Source: Craspedostauros australis (lineage: Eukaryota). From it: DNA of 64,000 nucleotides. The translations under genes were made by a program, and so were the position numbers. Under the pieces are notes generated by a model. The model was not told the origin of the DNA and ran no database searches. It saw only the letters and a program-made list of their open reading frames with translations. Position 1 is the stretch's first letter. Every line of letters begins with the position of its first letter. Shown piece by piece: positions 57,601-64,000 of the stretch. The stretch lies in NCBI GenBank assembly GCA_030167865.1, contig JALAGF010003307.1:1-64000 (forward strand), written 5' to 3'.

Positions 57601-60096
57601 AAAACACACGAGTTTGGTCGTCTCTGCCGTGATGGGACTCGTCGCGCCGAACCCGTAGCCTTTGGCTGCCATCGCTTGCATGATTGGAGAGCTCATGGCC
57701 ACCCATCCAGCCGGCGATATACCAAGACCTTGTAGCAAACCCTGCAGCTTTGTGCCACGTCGCGGATATGTTCTGGACGATTTTCCGAATCCGGTGAGAA
57801 CGTGGTGCTGCATGGACTGAATGGCGGAGGTGACACTGCGGCTCACCGTGGTTGGAACGCCGAGACGCTGCATGCTGAGTTCTAGCGGCACGTGAGCCAT
57901 TCGATCATAGCAACTTTTTGCGTCGTTGGAGCATATGCAACTGGGCGCAGCCGTCATCCTCACAATGTCATCCGTCATCCGGTTGTTCAGGCTGACTTCT
58001 GCCGCACTTCGCTGCTTGCGGCTGCCGTATTGCTCCTCGGGCAGCATCTGGTGCTTCTCTGCATGCTTCATCATCACTTTGCCTATCCATTTCAAGTTGG
58101 CGTTGAAATCCCCTTCCACCAGGCTGATGGTTCGAAATCTGGAGACTCGGAAGTTGCCGGGTTCCTTCAGCAAGGTGATATCCGTGCATACTAGCCACCG
58201 CTCCAGGTTGTAGCCCGTTCGCAGTGAGATCTCCCGCATGGTGGCGTCGACTTGCGCTAGCTGCTCGCATTGCGCGTTGGCTTTCCACAGGCCGAAGTGT
58301 AAACCCGACGGCCCAGAAGTTGTCTTCTCTCGTGCCTTGGCCCACAGTCGCTGATGGCTTTCCAGCGTGACGTCCATGTCGGATTCCTCCCACGGTATGT
58401 TGTTCGTTGGAGCCAGAGCTTGAATCAAGGCATCCTCGTGCTGCCCCAGCCTGTGACCGTAGCGCCGCTTGATGCCCTGCGCCCCTCCTTGCCTCATTTC
58501 TCTTTCCATTGCTGAGTTTTGCAGGGGAGTCACATATGCCTGCCGATACTTCGCTTCGTTCGCCTTCATACATTGTGCTATGACCGCATGTTCTTTTTCG
58601 AAGACCTCTTCCTCTCCTTCCGCGTTGTTGGCAATCACCATCGTTACTTTGCCGCTGCTGTGTTCACCAATTGCTGCTCGGATAGCTCTGAACGTTTCCA
58701 CCACCTCCTCGCGCTTCTGGATGGTTGTTATTGCCGCTTCCGACGTGATGTTCCCGGCCTTGGCCATTTCTTCTGCCCTGGTTTGCAGGAATGTTTGTCT
58801 GTGTTTCAGTGCGTTCTTTTTCGCCGTCTTCCATCGTGCGTGCGCTCGCTTTCGCTTATCCTCTAGTTCATCCATGTTGAGCGTGGCCGTCCTCGTAGTG
58901 ATTCCTGCTTGCTTTTTGGCTCTCTCGTACCATCGCGAGCTTACTTTCTTGCCTCTCCTTCGCTTCCACGCCAGGTTCCAAAACTGCTTCTCCATCGCCC
59001 TGCGTTTGACCTCCGGAGAATATGGAACTTGCCCAGTGTATATTGTGCGTGCTCCTCTTTCTGCCTGCAGCATGATGCTCATTCTTTCTCGATCGATGGT
59101 TTCCATTGCGGTTGCTTGCCCTGTAGTGATTGTGTGTGCTGCTCCGATGGCTGCTCTGAGCGCCACTAAGCGTTGCGGGATCCTAGCTTGTTGGTACTGC
59201 TTCCGAACCTCGGCCTTGTACTTTCGAACCGTGATTGGTCGGTTTAGCTGTACTCTCCGCCCTTCGAATTTGGGAGTCGGCTTGCTGATAGATCCAAATA
59301 TCGATTCTTGAGATATCTCAATCCACGCCGTTCTGTGGTCCCACATTCCAAACTCGCTGTATCCTGCGCGTATGACTTGTACCGATGCTGGCACCCATAT
59401 GCCGTCGATCACCCTGTTCGAATTCGCCCTCACATTTGTTGATATGCCTGGGGCTTGCGGGTGTCGACTGAGGATCGCCTCCTTCATGTGCTGGCGGTCC
59501 ATCATGGTCGCCATTTGGGAGCGAACCACCGGCATGTTAATATCACCTCCGACAATGACTGCCTCTCCGTCTTGCCTCCATTCCTGGATGGCTGCTTCCA
59601 AATCTTGGATTAATAGCTCGATGGGAGCAGTGTCGATGCCTTGGGACTCCAACCACAATGCCTGCTGATTATAGACTGTGCCAGCGCTCTGACCCCCCTT
59701 GTTGGGGACATAAACGCTCACAAGTCGCACCGTGGTGTCCTGTCTGCCTCTTATGGCCATGCTTGTCCACCTTCCCAGTTTGCGGGGATCGTTGGCCAGA
59801 CTCTTGTATCTGCCTGCAACGTTTCCGATGATTACGCATGCCGTGCCTCCCCACTGTCGAATTCCACCAAGCTTCTCTCTTTCGTTGTATGCCAGAGCGT
59901 GCCTTTCTGTATGCACGTGTTTGTTTGCTCTCGCTTTCCACGAGTTCATCTTGCCCACCTTGGACCAGTTGACTCCTATCTCTGATAGCAAGGCCACGTC
60001 GAATTTCTTCTGCTTGACCCATTGCCACAGATCGTCGTTCTTCCAATGTTTCGATTCCGCCTGCAGGCACCCCACGTTAAGAGCTGCTATTCTCAA
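54628..60096 (-). CDS. LINE ORF2: AP endonuclease, reverse transcriptase, RNase H, CCHC zinc finger (TTG start in the track; frame open from 60318)
   Basis: APE: LNVG, LLSE, SVYVP, GGDIN, IDGIW, DH. RT: SGPSG, FRTISL, QYGSR, NDAKSCYD, QGLLQG..SP, FVDD, KALGV. RNase H: SDGS, RAEL, CDN, HVKGHQD, N..AD.LA. Finger: CPSC..ED..H..C. Confidence 0.93.
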   Translation of the reverse strand: MRIAALNVGCLQAESKHWKNDDLWQWVKQKKFDVALLSEIGVNWSKVGKMNSWKARANKHVHTERHALAYNEREKLGGIRQWGGTACVIIGNVAGRYKSLANDPRKLGRWTSMAIRGRQDTTVRLVSVYVPNKGGQSAGTVYNQQALWLESQGIDTAPIELLIQDLEAAIQEWRQDGEAVIVGGDINMPVVRSQMATMMDRQHMKEAILSRHPQAPGISTNVRANSNRVIDGIWVPASVQVIRAGYSEFGMWDHRTAWIEISQESIFGSISKPTPKFEGRRVQLNRPITVRKYKAEVRKQYQQARIPQRLVALRAAIGAAHTITTGQATAMETIDRERMSIMLQAERGARTIYTGQVPYSPEVKRRAMEKQFWNLAWKRRRGKKVSSRWYERAKKQAGITTRTATLNMDELEDKRKRAHARWKTAKKNALKHRQTFLQTRAEEMAKAGNITSEAAITTIQKREEVVETFRAIRAAIGEHSSGKVTMVIANNAEGEEEVFEKEHAVIAQCMKANEAKYRQAYVTPLQNSAMEREMRQGGAQGIKRRYGHRLGQHEDALIQALAPTNNIPWEESDMDVTLESHQRLWAKAREKTTSGPSGLHFGLWKANAQCEQLAQVDATMREISLRTGYNLERWLVCTDITLLKEPGNFRVSRFRTISLVEGDFNANLKWIGKVMMKHAEKHQMLPEEQYGSRKQRSAAEVSLNNRMTDDIVRMTAAPSCICSNDAKSCYDRMAHVPLELSMQRLGVPTTVSRSVTSAIQSMQHHVLTGFGKSSRTYPRRGTKLQGLLQGLGISPAGWVAMSSPIMQAMAAKGYGFGATSPITAETTKLVCFSFVDDTDLIHSVQADVDDPEACTAEVQRVVDSWEGMLRATGGALEPSKSYWYLMVFKWDGNQWQYKRIDEQPGDINIRQPDSQQRATLLRLQVDQARKALGVMVRHDGVQDDNEAYYTGKAEKWADKVRRSRMLRTHAWIAMKATIWKTLEYPLTSSTFTKEATERIMRPVLQAALPAAGVQRNMSRRIVFGPLERFGLGVQHLYYVQVAKHLEMLARHWGQHTLTGKLMRTSLEIMTLQVGMPEVFQQDPARWEHLATDSWMKAVWQEAARVGVTVQWEQRILHAPREHDAPIMERVRALKLDRKVEQAINLCRIKKRVFWMSDVTCVDGEHLHPAAESPELIPLRTSRMAWPPIGSVSPANWRQWGQVVRRLFQVSRTRVARLARPLGKWRQYSSQVPAVLWDPGSDRLMRREQPEFCLRRVPRRRRAKLYEPSDGAVGMTTHIIDGYTEGDRIVVTGAGEGLQAVRADEATVDQLLREMPQSAKWSVQRYEKAGEWETIAASIRIGSAVACSDGSVAEGKGASGAIILADHEGRGAQLLVLNLAPATNEVMQSQRAELAGIYGVLVMLNAICMAYGIVDGAIVLGCDNLGALKALDHEWALSPKSTDADLQRAVRTLSSTIPITVQGRHVKGHQDDDAGWGNLDRWARMNVVADKLARIARESIPVSEVHSGHINGEHVSFVSLGKITRITYSAVSRGPLCEGMVHVLGQRGVVRRPEQVEWEIVGRSLRELDQVRRLLTVKLVTGEAPVGKRMKQWGLRKSDLCPSCGRQEDATHFWRCPGADRLGVSKRRLRELGGWLRRYPTAPAVTTLLLTMLRSQLEGSTYLQMSSPGSPLHEAAVSQESVGPQALRKGILSSKWIAIQQQFLQQQKTRRTAPTWAQQVVRRIWHIAWEHWSARNDAMFQGDSSAESEMVHALHERATSLRLRLEKDPDSYRRLLQTAPAAEAQVAQVAVWVEQAARQLGEAAATGVLFRWLQCRHVNPEPS

Positions 60097-60238
60097 TACC
60101 GAACTGCTCTTTGTACGAGGGGAGTCGCCCCAGTGCCGATCGTGGAGGTTGTGCCCTTCCTGGCGCCCTTCCTCCGGGGTTGCATCCGTTAGGCTTGCGG
60201 GGGTGGTTGGTGATGCTTCTCCTGCCCCCAGCCTCGCT

Positions 60239-62671
60239 TTATTCTTGATCCTCGCCCCTACCCTTGCTTGAGGCAGGTGGCGTGGCCGCGGACGCTTCCA
60301 GTTGGGCGCGCAGTGCCGCTATGATTGCTTCTTGGTTGGTGATCGTGCTCGATTGTTCTTGCATTCGGACTCGAGTCGCCGCCAACTCTTGTGCTTCTCT
60401 TGCCATCTTCATTGCTTCTTCGATTTCCGCTTCGATTTCATCTGCCTCTGTTTGAGATTCCGGTATGGTGTATCGTGACGAAGCTGCCGACTTGCCGTAT
60501 TCCGTCCCAAAAGTTTTGAAACTCTCGTCCTCCAGCCTGGCCTTCTTTCGCTTCGGGGATGCGCTCTCGCTCTCCATGAAGTCGATGCCTTCGATGACGA
60601 CATTTCCAAACCCTTCGTCCAAAAGGAAGTCCATTTCTTCTTCAGTCTCGACGTCCACATATTCCCCACTGTCATCCTTTATCATGGAGCAACTCATTGC
60701 CACGATATCTTCGGAGAACCACTTGTTCGTGGATGCGTTGATTTCCGTAGAACACCTGATTGCGATTGTGTGGATGAGCCCTACCGCTTGCGCGTAGCGT
60801 TCCTCGAAAGCCACGATATGGATCGCGTCTTCTTTACCATCTGCCATGTGCGTTGTGCTGACGTCATGGATGAGAGGATTGCCTTCGCTGGTTTGCTGCG
60901 CCAGGAACTCCCGAAGAGTGATGGTGCCCGACTCTGGATCCTTGGTGTCCAACGCGAAGTCACCTTTGAGCTGTTCGTACTTCAGTCTGCGCACGTAGCT
61001 CTGATGTTTCCGGATCATGGCTTGAACTTTCATCGCCGTCTTCGCTCCCATAACCGACGTGCCTGGTTTGGGCACGTATCTGTAGTTGAGGCCTTTGCGG
61101 TCGCCATCCTTGGTGTTGAAGATTTTGCCCAGGAGCTTTGATGCCCTGCGCGCGTCTTTCACATCCGCATGTAGATGAAGTGCCATCCATGGAGCATTGT
61201 GCCAGCTTCCGCCGTTTTGCAAGTGACTTGCCTTCACTTCCTCGGACACCTTTCCCACGAACTTCACCCTGCCGCCGACTTTGAGCTTGGCTCTCTTCTC
61301 TGCCAATAGCTGATTTATGACTGTTAGAGTTTGTTTCGCTTTTGTGAAGTTACCGGAGTAGGCCATGAAGCCTATCTCGGTCGTGTGCTCCGCATCACGC
61401 AGATCTTGGATGTAGGCGTACTCGCCCTCGTGGTACGCACCCTCAAGCTCTGTGTTCCAGCTTGTGAATGCTTGCATGTCAATGTTCGAAGACATCAGGA
61501 CCTGCAAGTATACGTCCTCGCTTTTCGATGTTGGGTTGGCTCTGCCGATGTAATACCGGAGATCCTTCCACATAGCGGGAATGTCTGAGTCGGTGATGAT
61601 GCAGCCCTTGGCCTTGTTCTTCTTGTACCATGGGCTGATTGTCAAGCTTTGATCCATGCCTTTGGCTTCGTCGTACCATTGCCGAAAGCGTTCCTGGAAA
61701 TCCCTCACTGGCGTTTTTGTGCCTTTGGGGATTTTGAGGCGCATTTCGAATCTCTCGTAGTATCGGCACTTTGGGTTCGACATCTGAGGTTTCTTTTTCT
61801 GATGCTTGGTCCATCCGTCATCTTTGGTCTCATTGTTGTTGGAGTTTCCGTCGCTGTCTGTTGGCTCCCTTGCTACGCTTGGGTTTCCATCCTTGTCTCG
61901 TGGCGCTGGCGAGTCGATCTTCGTGCTTGTGGTGTACGCCGTCAGATTCGCTTGCTTGAGCGGTTTCTTCGACACCAAAGCTACGAGATCATAGCTGTCG
62001 TCGTCGCTGTCGACCGTCATCGCGTCTGCTCCCGAGTCCACTTCCGGTGGAGGTTTCTCTGCCATGTATTGGCACCCCATGTAGTTGGTTGCTGCCGCCC
62101 ACAGAATTGTCATCTGGTTTGCTATCATGACAGCCCCTCCTGGCTTTATGGTGTCTGTGAAGCATTGGACTGGGTCTGTGAGCGAAAGATCAGCGATCAA
62201 TTGCTTGATGGCTACTCTGGACGGATCGTCTGGTGGAACTTTGGATTTCCCCAGTTTCGTGGTACGCCCGTCCATGACGGTTTGGAAGAAGACTGTCATT
62301 TCCTTGATCTTCGGCATGCTTGCTGACACCATCGATGTATCGGTCTTCTCCCACATGGCTTTCTTGGTGAGTGCCTTCTTGACTTGGTTGTGCATTGATC
62401 GTTCGCCTTCCCCGTACTTCTCGCCTGGTTCGAATCCCTTTGCCTGGTGTGCGATCGTGTCGCTGAGTTTTTTCCACCGCGCTGTGTTCGGATCTTTCCA
62501 CTCTGTGGCTACTTCTCCTCGTTTCTCCATCAATTCTTCCTCGCTGAGGCTCGGATTTGGCTTGGGAGGTGGCTTGGGAGTTGTGGTTTGCACCGCTGGT
62601 CCTTGCACCTCGGCCATCTCGACGTCATCAGCTTTGTCCTCCATGATCCTGACATGTTTGGTTGCCTTCAT
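60239..62671 (-). CDS. LINE ORF1 protein (810 aa) with C-terminal coiled coil
   Basis: ATG-started intact ORF inside the TSD-bounded element, directly upstream of ORF2. Heptad-like EAEIEEAMKMAREAQELA...IIAALRAQLE. No CCHC knuckle seen. Confidence 0.88.
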   Translation of the reverse strand: MKATKHVRIMEDKADDVEMAEVQGPAVQTTTPKPPPKPNPSLSEEELMEKRGEVATEWKDPNTARWKKLSDTIAHQAKGFEPGEKYGEGERSMHNQVKKALTKKAMWEKTDTSMVSASMPKIKEMTVFFQTVMDGRTTKLGKSKVPPDDPSRVAIKQLIADLSLTDPVQCFTDTIKPGGAVMIANQMTILWAAATNYMGCQYMAEKPPPEVDSGADAMTVDSDDDSYDLVALVSKKPLKQANLTAYTTSTKIDSPAPRDKDGNPSVAREPTDSDGNSNNNETKDDGWTKHQKKKPQMSNPKCRYYERFEMRLKIPKGTKTPVRDFQERFRQWYDEAKGMDQSLTISPWYKKNKAKGCIITDSDIPAMWKDLRYYIGRANPTSKSEDVYLQVLMSSNIDMQAFTSWNTELEGAYHEGEYAYIQDLRDAEHTTEIGFMAYSGNFTKAKQTLTVINQLLAEKRAKLKVGGRVKFVGKVSEEVKASHLQNGGSWHNAPWMALHLHADVKDARRASKLLGKIFNTKDGDRKGLNYRYVPKPGTSVMGAKTAMKVQAMIRKHQSYVRRLKYEQLKGDFALDTKDPESGTITLREFLAQQTSEGNPLIHDVSTTHMADGKEDAIHIVAFEERYAQAVGLIHTIAIRCSTEINASTNKWFSEDIVAMSCSMIKDDSGEYVDVETEEEMDFLLDEGFGNVVIEGIDFMESESASPKRKKARLEDESFKTFGTEYGKSAASSRYTIPESQTEADEIEAEIEEAMKMAREAQELAATRVRMQEQSSTITNQEAIIAALRAQLEASAATPPASSKGRGEDQE

Positions 62672-62800
62672 CGTCGTTTTGGATTTCGTTCGTGTTACGT
62701 AGAATTCGCTGTAGATTTTGTACTGGTGTTTGTTGATGTGTTGTGTTTTGTTGTTTTACTAGTGTTATCGTTGTTTGAGTTTTTTCGGGTTCTGGTATTG

Positions 62801-62817
62801 TACTCCAGTGGGCATCA
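62801..62817 (+). repeat. target-site duplication, right copy TACTCCAGTGGGCATCA
   Basis: Exact match to 54443-54459. Confidence 0.95.
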
Positions 62818-62842
62818 CACCATACCATACCACTCGCAGAGC

Positions 62843-63815
62843 ATGCTGCTGCTGACAGGAACAAGACTCTTGGCATTCCAACAAATCACACACGGGCGCT
62901 CGGCTCCCATCCAACGACGTGTTTCCACCCAACTGAAAATGGCTTCGTCTTTGCCTTCGGTGTTCAGCCCTGACACTGGCGACCCTCTCTCTGGCGAAGA
63001 GCTGACGAACAAGCTCAAGAACAAGAGGGTGGCGCTGTACTTTTCGGCTGGCTGGTGAGTTCGTGAGGCATGCTTGGTCTGGACATCCAGTACACATCAG
63101 TGCTCCACACCCACTCCGCTTTATTCAGCTTCTTCTGCTGCACTCGTACGAATGCGAATACAGCGTTGTCGAAAAGAGGACTCAATGGGGTTTGCAAGTC
63201 GGAATACTGCAGTGACTGCTTGTACTACCATTCCATGGTCTATTATGCCTGTATTGCTCTTCCATTGCATTATATTACTATATTATATACAGTAGCAAGT
63301 ATTACTCCATATCTGTGCGCTCATCAATGTCATCCCATTTGACTCGACGCAACCTCCCCGTCCCTCTGTATCAACCGTCAACCGTCAACCACCTCGCATC
63401 GGGCTCTCCGGTTGCGACGATCATGGCCCTGCCCCGATTCATCAACCACAGGTGTCCGATGTGCACATCGATCGAACCAGACATCAAAGCGTTCAGGGAA
63501 TCGTCAGCGGCGGACGGAAAGCCGATCGAATTCATCTACGTCAGCTCGGACCAATCCGAGGAAGCTGCGTTGGAGCGTTCCAAGGCCCTTCAGATGATCG
63601 CGGTTCCCTTCTCAGAGGTGGACGCAATCAAGAAGCAATACAACGTCTGGTCCGGTCGCGAAGCTGCCAAGCTGGGTACAGACCGTCGCGCTGGCGTGCC
63701 CTCCATCGTCCCGCTGGACAAGACAGGCACCGAGCTTGCGTTCGTCGCCACGGAGTCCCAAGGCAAGAAGGCGCTCGATACGTGGCCTCTCGATGACAGC
63801 AACGGCATTTGGTGA
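62843..63815 (+). CDS. nucleoredoxin/tryparedoxin-like thioredoxin; exons 62843(or 62939)-63054 and 63452-63815
   Basis: KRVALYFSAGW|CPMC is reconstituted by the phase-2 intron TG|GTGAGT...CACAG|G. Also IEFIYVSSD, AVPF and GVPSIV. Confidence 0.88.
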
Positions 63816-64000
63816 TCTGCGTTGATGCTCCGTACAGGCCTACGATTTAAACCCATGACTGAGATGCATCCCAGCACGACCAGTCTTTCAATCTGCGGCG
63901 GATAGTGTCTGTGGTATAATTCAGTGTGATTTGCTGCGACATCATTCGGTGACAGTGATAATAGTCCGTCGGGTCTTGAACACTGTCAAGTATCCCAATC

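Larger units (their letters stand above)
54460..62800 (-). mobile_element. full-length non-LTR retrotransposon (LINE; resembles the diatom Ambal group), 8,341 bp
   Basis: Bounded by a perfect 17-bp TSD. 129-nt 5' UTR, intact ORF1, intact APE-RT-RNase H-zinc finger ORF2, 168-nt 3' UTR, no LTRs. Confidence 0.93.

Overview
Eukaryotic nuclear DNA, most likely from a diatom. This is inferred from a silicanin-like protein, a diatom-type cyclin, an Ambal-like LINE, GTAAGT/GTACGT/GTGAGT introns and microsatellite-rich spacers. About 17 host genes are supportable: a COG3899-type STAND ATPase, an RRP43-like exosome subunit, a cyclin, an atypical cytidine deaminase, an NLR-like NB-ARC-TPR protein, MDM35, TANGO6/RTP1, two inverted paralogous UAA nucleotide-sugar transporters, PEX6, an ankyrin-pseudokinase, a silicanin-like protein, SLX1, a nucleoredoxin-like protein and three hypothetical proteins. 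The standout is a complete, apparently young 8,341-bp non-LTR retrotransposon (54460-62800, minus strand) carrying ORF1 and an APE-RT-RNase H-zinc finger ORF2. It is bounded by an exact 17-bp target-site duplication, has no poly(A) tail and has a hairpin-rich 3' end. Its ORF2 lies in the +1 frame of ORF1 and has no usable AUG. It is inserted head-to-head about 40 bp before the nucleoredoxin-like gene. All family calls come from motif recognition by eye, with no database search, and the splice models are inferred from GT-AG sites and reading-frame continuity.
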